From a virus: a stretch of 64,000 nucleotides of DNA. Where the stretch lies: IMG/VR virus record IMGVR_UViG_3300012153_000001, positions 1-64,000 of that record; one strand, given 5' to 3'. Shown here one piece after another: positions 1 to 8,125 of this stretch. The translations under genes were made by a program, and so were the position numbers. Under the pieces are notes generated by a model. It was not told where the DNA came from. It searched no databases and saw only the letters and a program-made list of their open reading frames with translations. The first letter of the stretch is position 1; each line of letters starts with the position of its first letter.

Positions 1-2
1 AG

Positions 3-194
3 TTCAAAACAACGCCATCTCGCGTCGAACGTGCCATCCGTCATGCCATTGAAGTGGCTTGGACACGTGGCAACATCGACAGCATCAGCCACCTGTTTGG
101 CTATACGATTAACATCAGCAAATCGAAACCGACGAATTCGGAATTCATCGCGATGGTTGCTGACAAGCTGAGAATTGAGCATAAGGTGTCCTGA
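3..194 (+). CDS. spo0A: Spo0A sporulation response regulator, C-terminal DNA-binding end (5' part outside window)
   Basis: Frame-3 translation [63 protein letters not shown] matches, from memory, the highly conserved Spo0A C-terminus ([15 protein letters not shown]...[16 protein letters not shown]). Absent from the ORF track because no start codon lies in the window. Confidence 0.85.
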   Translation, partial: FKTTPSRVERAIRHAIEVAWTRGNIDSISHLFGYTINISKSKPTNSEFIAMVADKLRIEHKVS

Positions 195-242
195 AAGCCC
201 GCTGCATCAACGTTTTCAGACGGGGACTAGAACGATTGTTCG

Positions 243-366
243 CGTAAACTTATCGGCCGTTGGTCGCGAGATTCCGATAAACTATGCGGACGTTGTTCCG
301 GTAAACTGTCTGATTCTCCGCGCAATTTTAGCGTAAACTTATCGTTCATTTAGCTGATAAACATAA
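243..366. repeat. Array of five TAAAC-core repeats
   Basis: GCGTAAACTTATCG (x2), CCGATAAACTATGCG, CGGTAAACTGTCTG, CTGATAAACATAAT. TAAAC cores start at 245, 278, 302, 334 and 358 (spacing 33/24/32/24). Lies between the spo0A stop and the terminator. Confidence 0.5.
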
Positions 367-390
367 TAGCGTATATAATGAAAGAATACA

Positions 391-430
391 AACGCATGTC
401 TCTTCGGAGGCGTGCGTTATTTTTTTTTTT
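391..430 (+). terminator. Rho-independent terminator
   Basis: Hairpin AACGCATGTCTC-TTCG-GAGGCGTGCGTT followed by a long T run. Confidence 0.75.
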
Positions 431-437
431 GCCTGCG

Positions 438-473
438 ATGTCCCAACTTTGCGATTTCGTGTCCTTATATAAA
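438..473 (+). promoter_or_regulatory. Copy 1 of the 36-bp element ATGTCCCAA-N8-WTTCGTGTCCTTATATA
   Basis: Near-identical copies at 9975-10010 and 24780-24816. Sits directly after a terminator and ~90 nt upstream of the first phage gene. Confidence 0.6.
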
Positions 474-563
474 ACGAGAACAAAAACTTTACGAGAAAGT
501 GCCCGAAAATAAAGCCGGCCGGGAACAAGGTAGTATAAAGCAAAACGGAAAGGAGACGGAGAC

Positions 564-1601
564 ATGGCGCGTAAATCTAAGATCAATTTAAAACATCTAC
601 AGGATATCCTAGACAGTGGAGCTTCCCTTTCACAGGCGGCTAGAATATTTAATGTACACCATGAAGTCGTTCGAAGGGAGATCCTGCGCGGTAACGTTGA
701 ATTATACGAGGCCTATGACGAAAATGTAAGTACGGCGGTTACCGTACTATCAAACTGGGATATAGAGGACCTATTGGATGAGTGGTGGCGAGCCGCTTTT
801 GATGGTGATGTCATCCGCATTCCACCACCAAATCGAAACAACAGTCTAACCGTGGCGCTATATAGATACTTAGGATCGGAATACGGAGGGGTATACGGAT
901 GGCTAAGCATTAGGGGGATTACACGCCTCAGACACAACTTCCAGAAAATATGCACCGGTTGTGGTCAGTTCTTTCCACTTGGTCAGTTCACGCGAAAAAC
1001 GAAATCCCTAATGGGTACTAGTTTCCGATGCAGAGCATGTGACAAACGTAATGAGGATGTTGTAAGATCCGCAGCTAATCGACGTAGAGCGCTATTACTC
1101 AGCCTTCCCGCGAACTGGGAACGTACTCACCGAATAGCTATGCGCCTAGACGGAGGCGGTACATGCGACCTTACGGATGAACTCGAATGTGATGACGATC
1201 ATTTCATTCCGATAGCAACCGGACACTGTGGGACGTATCTCGGTAACATGCGTCCGTTAGCTTCGTGGTTGAACGGAAATAAGAACGCGGCAAACCCTTT
1301 CGAATGGTTCGAAGCGAACAGGCAACGCTTTGACCTCGATCCAACACGCTTCGATGCGCTAGTTTGGCGACTGGCGTCACAGAACGGATTGACTCCGGGA
1401 GAGTTTCGCAGTTTCACGTATTGGTGCTTCGATAATCCGCGTACTGTCGAACAGATTGCGGAGGATAACGCGCGTTACGGATACAAAAAGTCGTCGCTCG
1501 AAATATGGCGCGAACAAACGAGATTACCGTTTCCTATCGCTGTGGACTTCGGAGATACAGCGCTTAACAACGATATTAAGCGAGAGGGGGACGTGGCATA
1601 A
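564..1601 (+). CDS. HTH plus HNH endonuclease-domain protein
   Basis: SD AAAGGAG. N-terminal HTH (LSQAARIFNVHHEVVRREI), CxxC...CxxC ribbon (CTGCG...CRAC), HNH-like DDDHFIPIATGH...N...NGNKN. Confidence 0.7.
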   Translation: MARKSKINLKHLQDILDSGASLSQAARIFNVHHEVVRREILRGNVELYEAYDENVSTAVTVLSNWDIEDLLDEWWRAAFDGDVIRIPPPNRNNSLTVALYRYLGSEYGGVYGWLSIRGITRLRHNFQKICTGCGQFFPLGQFTRKTKSLMGTSFRCRACDKRNEDVVRSAANRRRALLLSLPANWERTHRIAMRLDGGGTCDLTDELECDDDHFIPIATGHCGTYLGNMRPLASWLNGNKNAANPFEWFEANRQRFDLDPTRFDALVWRLASQNGLTPGEFRSFTYWCFDNPRTVEQIAEDNARYGYKKSSLEIWREQTRLPFPIAVDFGDTALNNDIKREGDVA

Positions 1602-2008
1602 TGACGCAATTAACCGACACTCAACGCCTCGTCAGCGTCGAATCCCAAACGGAATATTCCGTCACATCCGGCGCAACTGAAACGCGCATCTTCGTAAAAT
1701 TCTACGTTGAGGCCGTTCGCTCCGGAATGATCGCGGATCTTGGACCGGAACGTCTGCAGACGCTCATCGTTCTCGCCTCGTATATGGGCGCTGACGGAAC
1801 GTGCTACCCTACGCAATGGCAGATCGCTAGCAGTCTCGGAGTAGCGCGGGAGACGGCCGCCAGGCGCGTTAAGGCACTCGCGGATTACCGGTGGAAAGGG
1901 CAGCCGCTAATGTTACGGGAGCGGACGCGCCATCCGGATAGTAAGAAGTGGGAGAACACCGTGTATAAAATCCTGCCGATCAGCGGATTGCGGATATTCG
2001 ATAAGTGA
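1601..2008 (+). CDS. Winged-helix DNA-binding protein (replication-organizer-like)
   Basis: ATG overlaps the upstream stop (ATAATG). YPTQWQIASSLGVARETAARRVKALADY resembles a wHTH. Confidence 0.6.
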   Translation: MTQLTDTQRLVSVESQTEYSVTSGATETRIFVKFYVEAVRSGMIADLGPERLQTLIVLASYMGADGTCYPTQWQIASSLGVARETAARRVKALADYRWKGQPLMLRERTRHPDSKKWENTVYKILPISGLRIFDK

Positions 2009-2066
2009 GCCACGTGACGGCTACGCCACATAGCTTGAAGCTTACAAGGCTCGGCATCACACTAAG

Positions 2067-2104
2067 TAGAACCAGTAATAACTAGAACCATCTTTATAAC
2101 TAGA
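2067..2104. repeat. Short iteron-like direct repeats
   Basis: TAGAACCA at 2067 and 2083; ATAACTAGA at 2078 and 2096. In a 270-nt non-coding gap. Confidence 0.4.
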
Positions 2105-2121
2105 TTAAACATTACCACTCA

Positions 2122-2160
2122 GTTGATTTTGCTTCGCAAACTAAACTTCGCGGGACGATT
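2122..2160 (+). repeat. Copy A of a ~39-bp conserved non-coding element
   Basis: GTTGATTTTGCTTCGCAAACTAAACtTCGCGGGAcGA is repeated with 3 mismatches at 37789-37827. Confidence 0.7.
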
Positions 2161-2278
2161 ATTACTAACATAATTGATTACGCGTAGAAAGTTATACGGA
2201 GCCAAAGGCGACGGCGAGTATGAACGAAGTGAATCGCGAGCATATACGCACTTATAAAAGAAACGGAGGAATCACGTT

Positions 2279-2812
2279 ATGTCTAACCGCAAACCTGCCG
2301 CATGCTTCACCGGTCACCGCCCGAATAAACTCGGAGGCTACAACGAAAGCAACGCGATAATGTCCGATGTAAGAGCTCGCTTGGACCGCGCAATTGACTA
2401 CGCGCTTGACTCATTCGGTATCACAACGTTTATCTCCGGCATGGCGCTCGGCGTCGATATGGCCGCGGCAGAAATCGTATTAAAGAAGCGCGAACAGTTT
2501 CCGCGTTACGGTATCCGCTTGGTAGCCGCGATCCCGTTCGAAGGTCAGGAACGCATGTGGCCGGACACCTCGCAAGATCGTTGGCACGATATTCTAGCGC
2601 AAGCTGACGAAGTTGAATACGTTTGTGAGCCCGGATATGCCGCGTGGAAGATGCAGAAGCGTAACGCGTGGATGGTCGATAATTCCGCTCTAGTAATCGC
2701 GGTATGGGACGGAACAAAAGGCGGTACCGGTAATTGCGTAGAGTACGCGAGGAAGGCGGAGCACAAGCCGCGCATCATAAGTATTAATCCGCTAAAGGAG
2801 ATCCCGCAATGA
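2279..2812 (+). CDS. YpsA/DUF1273-like SLOG-family protein
   Basis: SD ACGGAGGA. FTGHRPNKLGG, ISGMALGVDMAAAE, AAIPFEGQE..W, and VIAVWDG..GGTGNCV follow the YpsA architecture recalled from B. subtilis. Confidence 0.6.
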   Translation: MSNRKPAACFTGHRPNKLGGYNESNAIMSDVRARLDRAIDYALDSFGITTFISGMALGVDMAAAEIVLKKREQFPRYGIRLVAAIPFEGQERMWPDTSQDRWHDILAQADEVEYVCEPGYAAWKMQKRNAWMVDNSALVIAVWDGTKGGTGNCVEYARKAEHKPRIISINPLKEIPQ

Positions 2813-2940
2813 AACGTATCGACGCAACCCTCGCCGCCTACGCCCTTGCTATCACCGTAATAATCGCGTGGATTTACGTCGATTACGCGTCGCTCGTCAC
2901 AAATATACCGGAGGTGTTTCCGCATGTTAAACAACGTTAA
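2809..2940 (+). CDS. Small membrane protein (43 aa)
   Basis: AAAGGAG 8 nt before the ATG, which overlaps the upstream stop (ATGA). Hydrophobic LAAYALAITVIIAWIYV. Below the ORF-track size cutoff. Confidence 0.45.
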   Translation: MKRIDATLAAYALAITVIIAWIYVDYASLVTNIPEVFPHVKQR

Positions 2941-3274
2941 AATCACGCAAAATTACGCACTCAAAACGGACGACCGCAACTTCATCGTCCTGCAGCGCAA
3001 GATCGTTGACCCTACGAAGGCGCCCGGTTACAAAGCGGTTGAAGGCGCTGAGCCACCCGCGCTAAAAGAGCGGTGGGATGAAATCGCGTATTACCCGCTG
3101 ACGTCCGCCGGTCTGACCTCGTTCATTGAACACGTAAGGATGCGCGAGGCTACGGAACATGATGTCGCAAACTTGGCGGAACTTGGCGCAGCATTTCGGG
3201 AGACGACGGCAGAGATTATCGCGGCTGTTAACGCTGGATTATCGCCTGAGTTTAGCGTGAAGATGGGCGCTTAG
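2924..3274 (+). CDS. Hypothetical protein
   Basis: SD CGGAGGTG 7 nt before the ATG. Protein-like composition. Confidence 0.65.
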   Translation: MLNNVKITQNYALKTDDRNFIVLQRKIVDPTKAPGYKAVEGAEPPALKERWDEIAYYPLTSAGLTSFIEHVRMREATEHDVANLAELGAAFRETTAEIIAAVNAGLSPEFSVKMGA

Positions 3275-3349
3275 ATGGTGCGGGAGGGTATTCGGTAGGG
3301 TGCGGAGGGAAGGCGCTAATAACGCGGTTAAAATACGGGAGGGATACGT

Positions 3350-3607
3350 ATGAGTAACGAAAGGGAAGCACGTTTTATTTACGAGAGTATGAAGGAGCAT
3401 TGCGCGGGGCTACGTGAAGCACGAGAGTTAGGGGTGACGTCAATCTCGATTGATACGGCTGTTAGGCTCGCAGAAGTTGGCGCTATGGTTGCGTCACTAC
3501 TCATTACGGAGTGTGCTAAGACAGACGAAAGAGCTCGCGTTACTCGTGGGATTACTGACGCACTTGACGGAGCAATTGCGCGGTTAGACCGAACGAGTCG
3601 CTACTAA
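3350..3607 (+). CDS. Hypothetical protein
   Basis: SD GGGAGGGA before the ATG. Confidence 0.65.
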   Translation: MSNEREARFIYESMKEHCAGLREARELGVTSISIDTAVRLAEVGAMVASLLITECAKTDERARVTRGITDALDGAIARLDRTSRY

Positions 3608-3627
3608 ATAACGGAGGATTAACGCAG

Positions 3628-3714
3628 ATGAACAATGTACCAACATTCGAAACAATCGACGATATCATCGAATATTATCGCAAACAAAACGGAGGAGCTG
3701 ACGCGAATGAGTAA
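3628..3714 (+). CDS. Small hypothetical protein (28 aa)
   Basis: ACGGAGGA 8 nt before the ATG. Overlaps the next start by 8 nt. Confidence 0.4.
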   Translation: MNNVPTFETIDDIIEYYRKQNGGADANE

Positions 3715-4072
3715 CAGGCCGACTATTCCCGCAGAAGTTGCTGACCTGATAGAGAATATGCGCAAAGCTGGCGCAACGAACCAGCAAATGACGCGAGTTG
3801 CGCAAGGTAACACGCAGGTTGCGGTATATCACGAAATCCTATCGTCCATTCCGTTCGACACGTTGCTGGCCGCGATGGTTAACGGGTATGAGCGGGAGTT
3901 GACGGAGGAGCAGAAACGGGCGGAGTCAGAGCGCGAGCTTGTGCTTTCCTACGAGAACCACCGCGGAGGAATTGGTCGATACACTACTGGGGAAGCGGAC
4001 GACGCGTTCGCCGACGGAATTGAGTACGCGCTTGATATGATCGGAGTCCAAATCGAAGGAGTGAACGCGTGA
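3707..4072 (+). CDS. Hypothetical protein
   Basis: Track ORF 3635-4072. The internal ATG 3707 has SD ACGGAGGAG 8 nt upstream; the 3635 ATG has none. Confidence 0.65.
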   Translation: MSNRPTIPAEVADLIENMRKAGATNQQMTRVAQGNTQVAVYHEILSSIPFDTLLAAMVNGYERELTEEQKRAESERELVLSYENHRGGIGRYTTGEADDAFADGIEYALDMIGVQIEGVNA

Positions 4073-4272
4073 AGATGGCGTTTATCCGACGCATTATCGA
4101 AAATGCATTCGTTCAGTACGTATTATTCGGAATCATATTCGCGGCGGTACTATGCGTGTGTTTCCCGATTACGCCTAACGTATTTTGGATGATCGTTGCT
4201 TTCTGGCCGTTTATCGTAGCACTATGGTTTTACGCTTTCATCAACGGAACAATTCCCGGAATGAATTTGTAA
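4069..4272 (+). CDS. Small two-TM membrane protein
   Basis: SD GAAGGAG. Hydrophobic segments YVLFGIIFAAVLCVCF and FWMIVAFWPFIVALWFYAF. Confidence 0.65.
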   Translation: MKMAFIRRIIENAFVQYVLFGIIFAAVLCVCFPITPNVFWMIVAFWPFIVALWFYAFINGTIPGMNL

Positions 4273-4490
4273 GGAAACGGGAGTAATAGAGCCTAAAACG
4301 GAGTTGGAATTAATTACCCAGTTTCAATAAAACGGCACTTAAGTTAACATAACAAATCTTTCGGATATATTATGATAACTAGATCAACCAGTATTTTCCT
4401 TTTAACGATATACTCCTTTTTGCTTATTCGCCGAATATGACGTTTTACCAAATTACGCTAGTCCACTTATACTACGGAGGTGTCAACGAG

Positions 4491-4868
4491 ATGACAACGG
4501 AAACTAAGCGGGATTTACAAGCTGATCTTGCGCTATGTGATGCGGCGACGGCTGGGCCTTGGCGGATGTACGGCGGAAAGTTCGGAGAGACAAACGTGTA
4601 TTATCCTCCTTACGATAATCACGACGAAGTGGTATCGGATATCGACGCGGATCGAACGCATGATGCGAGGTTCATCGCAGAATCCCGCGAAGCATGGCCC
4701 GAAGCTATCCGCAGGGCGATCGCGGCAGAGGAAAAATGGGCTAAACTTCGGAGTGTTGTCATTACTAATGCTACGGGAGGAAACGGCGAGAATATTAACG
4801 ATTGGGACATCATGCGGAACCATATGGACGAATTTGACTCGGAGGTGGTCGATGGTGTGGGACTTTAA
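4491..4868 (+). CDS. Hypothetical protein (possibly Ead/Ea22-like)
   Basis: Track ORF 4437-4868. ATG 4491 follows ACGGAGGTG. The AATAGPW...DARFIAESR pattern is reminiscent of Ead/Ea22-type phage proteins (weak). Confidence 0.6.
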   Translation: MTTETKRDLQADLALCDAATAGPWRMYGGKFGETNVYYPPYDNHDEVVSDIDADRTHDARFIAESREAWPEAIRRAIAAEEKWAKLRSVVITNATGGNGENINDWDIMRNHMDEFDSEVVDGVGL

Positions 4869-5094
4869 ACTTAAGAAACGCGCATCAAAGCCGAAGGAGC
4901 CCGTCTGCTACCACGAATGGTTCTTGATAGACATGCGGATGGTCGACAGTTATATTTTTAACGACTCGCCAGAAGTCCGTTATGAAATCGTATGTAAGTC
5001 GTGCGAGAAATGTAAATCGCTTGACAAATACGAGTACCGGAAGTTTTGCGAAGTGTTCGAAGTAAAAGGAGGTCGGGAAGATGCCACGCGCTAA
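4852..5094 (+). CDS. Small Cys-rich protein
   Basis: The internal ATG of track ORF 4528-5094 follows CGGAGGTGG. The upstream part of that ORF overlaps 4491-4868 in another frame. CYHEW...CKSCEKC. Confidence 0.55.
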   Translation: MVWDFKLKKRASKPKEPVCYHEWFLIDMRMVDSYIFNDSPEVRYEIVCKSCEKCKSLDKYEYRKFCEVFEVKGGREDATR

Positions 5095-5515
5095 GAAGCC
5101 GCCTAAACCGAAGATCACCGCAGACCAGCGCAAGGACTGGCGCAACCTTCCGCTCGAAAGCTGGAATGTACTCACGCTACAGGCGATGGTTGCCGATCTC
5201 AACCGCGAGCAATACGGAGTTACCGTATACGTCCCGATGCGCGGACACGGATTTGAGCAGGGCCAACTAAAGCGCGCACTTACGCAATATGGGCCGTCAG
5301 CCCTACGCGAGACAATTACGCGAGCATTCCGTGAGCATCGGGTGACGCCGCAGTACCCGCAATTGACGGCGGGATTTCTGATTGCGTATCTTTTGCCGAG
5401 AATAATGCCGCAGGTGCTGGCGGAACAGGCGCGGGCGGAGAAACAGGCGGAGTATTGCGGTGATAATGCGGATAACAACGTGTTGACTGACAATGAAATA
5501 ATTAATTTATTTTAG
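5081..5515 (+). CDS. Hypothetical protein
   Basis: SD AAAGGAGG before the ATG. Confidence 0.65.
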   Translation: MPRAKKPPKPKITADQRKDWRNLPLESWNVLTLQAMVADLNREQYGVTVYVPMRGHGFEQGQLKRALTQYGPSALRETITRAFREHRVTPQYPQLTAGFLIAYLLPRIMPQVLAEQARAEKQAEYCGDNADNNVLTDNEIINLF

Positions 5516-5632
5516 CGCGGGAAAAAGCGGAGGAATCTGGAAAGTAATATAATACAACGATAATCATTCTAAAATCAGCCGTAAATTAGCCGCAAGCAAT
5601 CCAAGATTACGTTACAGTTAGGGGGAACGCAA

Positions 5633-6409
5633 TTGTCGAATGCTAAAAACTGCATACTGGCGCAGCACTGTTCGCTAGCAGGCGGCGCGCAATGTACAAA
5701 GCTATGCGGATCTTATATCGCAACACACGGATTAAACGGCGCAGGCGGACGTGTAGGCGCAGCAAACCTACCGTCAGGCTACCGCGGCTTAACGCTTGCC
5801 AATTCGCCAGCACGGACGGACCAGGCGTCGATATACCGCGCTTTGGACACCTACGTTAAGACATTCGTACGCCAATTCGAAGAGTCACCGGAGGAACCGA
5901 TCAAATCGCTGTACTTATATAGCGCAGGTCCGGGTACCGGAAAAACAACGACGGCGGCTGCGATAATCGGCGAATACATCGTACGTCACTATATCGGATC
6001 AATCCAGCGCAACAGGCAAGCGCTTGATCGACCAGCGTATTTTCTCGATGTAAACGCGTGGCAAACGCTGTATACGGAGTTCAACCGACCCAAAGTACCG
6101 GATGACATTGCGGAGCCTGCAGCGCGCCAATATTACGCGCAAATGCAGCACGCTAAAGCCGCTCCGTTTGCGGTGCTTGACGATATCGGTGTGCGTGAAG
6201 ATACGGAGGGATTCCGCAGCGACTTGCATAGCGTGATTAACTATCGCGTGACAAACGACTTAATTACGGTATATACGAGCAACGTAGCGTTGAAGGACCT
6301 CGGCACGGTGTTACGTGAGACTACGCCGCGATTAATAGACCGGATTCGGGACCGTTGCATCGAGCGTGAGTTTGTCGGAATTAGTCACCGAGGACTCAAG
6401 CGAGCGTGA
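5633..6409 (+). CDS. DnaC/DnaI-like helicase loader (AAA+ ATPase)
   Basis: Walker A GPGTGKTT, Walker B FAVLDDIG, Cys-rich N-terminus (CILAQHCS...CTKLC). TTG start after AGGGGGA. Confidence 0.75.
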   Translation: MSNAKNCILAQHCSLAGGAQCTKLCGSYIATHGLNGAGGRVGAANLPSGYRGLTLANSPARTDQASIYRALDTYVKTFVRQFEESPEEPIKSLYLYSAGPGTGKTTTAAAIIGEYIVRHYIGSIQRNRQALDRPAYFLDVNAWQTLYTEFNRPKVPDDIAEPAARQYYAQMQHAKAAPFAVLDDIGVREDTEGFRSDLHSVINYRVTNDLITVYTSNVALKDLGTVLRETTPRLIDRIRDRCIEREFVGISHRGLKRA

Positions 6410-6463
6410 AAACGAAAAACGGAGTAAACGGGAGCATTCGGGAGATGGGGATAACTTACGTGT

Positions 6464-6577
6464 ATTGATTTCGACAAATTGCGACTTGACAAACTGATTG
6501 TCAATCATTTTTTGACCACTTTTTCACCTAAATATGTCCAATTAATTACGTAAATTGGTATCACTGTCGAAATCAAT
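6464..6577. promoter_or_regulatory. Nested inverted repeats containing two consensus Spo0A (0A) boxes; candidate origin or operator
   Basis: ATTGATTTCGACA (6464-6476) is perfectly complementary to TGTCGAAATCAAT (6565-6577). TTGACAA-N5-TTGTCAA lies at 6486-6504. In the 241-nt loader-helicase gap. Confidence 0.45.
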
Positions 6578-6650
6578 TCGTGGGAAATTTGTCCTAAACC
6601 GGATTTGACGATATCTATCATGGCGGTGTAAAACTGGAGGTGTAGGAATT

Positions 6651-8009
6651 ATGGCGGTTACAGGTCAACAGTTGCTAAGTAAATTGCTTGATGAGGGAAA
6701 TGTGCAAGCGCTGGTAAAGTACAACATTAAGCGGGCGGATTTTCCAACAGTAGGCGAGCGCGAGGCATACGATTTTATTGACGGATATGCGAAAGAAAAC
6801 GGAGGCGCAGCGCCTTCCTACGCGACTTTCGCTAATAACATACGAACAGTAACTTACCTGGCAGGGGTTACGGATTCATTCGAATACCTTGCGGGACAGC
6901 TTAAAGATGCATCAGGAAAACGGGAATTGGCGGAGTATATCAATAGCGCGGAGTTCACACAGGACTACGAAACGCTTTCGACAGAATCCTTCATTAATCG
7001 CTTGACTGCACGTACTAATGAGATTAAGATTAAAACACGAACGAGTGTTCCTAAAATAACTGATATTTCCACATCAGGAGAACAATTTCTAACAGAATAC
7101 CGCGCACGTAAATCAGGCACCTCGTTCAAGATTTGGCGGAGCAAATTCGAAACTGTCAACGAAGCGATCGGCGGATACCTTTCCGGAAACATGTACGCGT
7201 GGTATGGGCGATCCGGCCGCGGCAAATCCGTCATCGTAATGGAGGAGGCGCTAGAATCTGCGTTCCAGGGCGCGGTCGTCCTACTGTGGATACTCGAAAT
7301 GAGTACGTTCGAATGGATGGCGCGTGCATACTCGTCCATTTCCGCGAGAGTCAGCGGCACGGTTGAACGGATTGACGGCGTAGATTATACGGTCGGTTTC
7401 GATAACAAACGGATGCTCATGGGGAAGTTGGATGACGCATACGAACGCGGACTCGAACAGTTTGTCGCGGCGCTTAACGAGATCATTCCAGGTAAAATAC
7501 TACTCCGCGCTACAGATAGCGAAGGGTTTATCAACCGCGGTATAACGAATCTGGAATCGGACATTATCGAAGTGGATGCGGACGTTGTCGTAGTCGATCC
7601 GATATATTTAATGGATTTCGAAGCGAATACATCACGGGTTGCCGGCGGTGACGTTGCGGAAACATCGAAGAAGCTGCGGAGAATGGCCGGACGATTGAAG
7701 ACCGTTGTACATGTGGTAACGCAGGCGGACGAAGTTAAAGACGAAGAGAACGCGGATGGCGAGCGCGAATTGGTTGCGCCTAAGCGTGCGGAAGTTAAGA
7801 AGACGAAAGCCATACTCGAAGATGCGACGAACCTACTCGGCGTAGATACGTTGAACAAGGAAGGTCGAGGCGCGGTATGGATCAAGAAGGGACGTAACGG
7901 AGGCGAGGATACACGCGTTGAAATTGTATACTTGCCAAATTATGGTGTGGTGCGCGAGTTGGATACGCAAGGACAAGCGGAACAGTTTGCGAGCGTGAGC
8001 GGTTTTTAA
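6651..8009 (+). CDS. DnaB-like replicative helicase
   Basis: SD TGGAGGTG. Walker A GRSGRGKS, Walker B VVVVDPIYLM, DnaB-like N-terminal domain. Confidence 0.8.
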   Translation: MAVTGQQLLSKLLDEGNVQALVKYNIKRADFPTVGEREAYDFIDGYAKENGGAAPSYATFANNIRTVTYLAGVTDSFEYLAGQLKDASGKRELAEYINSAEFTQDYETLSTESFINRLTARTNEIKIKTRTSVPKITDISTSGEQFLTEYRARKSGTSFKIWRSKFETVNEAIGGYLSGNMYAWYGRSGRGKSVIVMEEALESAFQGAVVLLWILEMSTFEWMARAYSSISARVSGTVERIDGVDYTVGFDNKRMLMGKLDDAYERGLEQFVAALNEIIPGKILLRATDSEGFINRGITNLESDIIEVDADVVVVDPIYLMDFEANTSRVAGGDVAETSKKLRRMAGRLKTVVHVVTQADEVKDEENADGERELVAPKRAEVKKTKAILEDATNLLGVDTLNKEGRGAVWIKKGRNGGEDTRVEIVYLPNYGVVRELDTQGQAEQFASVSGF

Positions 8010-8028
8010 AAGTACTTTTCGGAAACTA

Positions 8029-8057
8029 TTGACAAAAGGAAATGACTGGATTATATT
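8029..8057 (+). promoter_or_regulatory. SigA-type promoter
   Basis: TTGACA (8029-8034), 17-nt spacer, TATATT (8052-8057). Followed by a direct repeat TAGTCACG x2 inside a GGTGGT/ACCACC hairpin. Confidence 0.6.
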
Positions 8058-8125
8058 TTGGTGGTGGTAGTCACGGTGTTAGTCACGACAAACCACCATA
8101 AAATCAATTCGGAGGTAATACCCCT

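Noticed and set aside
451-470. The TTCGTGTCC part of the 36-bp element as a Spo0A box
   Set aside because: The 0A box reverse complement is TTCGNCA. TTCGTGT has G instead of C at position 6 in all three copies, so it does not fit the consensus.
346-586. 65-78-aa minus-strand ORFs in the spo0A-to-phage gap
   Set aside because: They run through the terminator T-run and the 36-bp element. No SD, and odd composition.
4528-4851. N-terminal 108 codons of track ORF 4528-5094 (similarly 10930-11013, 57042-57146, 26345-26377)
   Set aside because: These extensions overlap the preceding well-supported genes in another frame and are Arg-rich. Internal starts with good SD sites exist.
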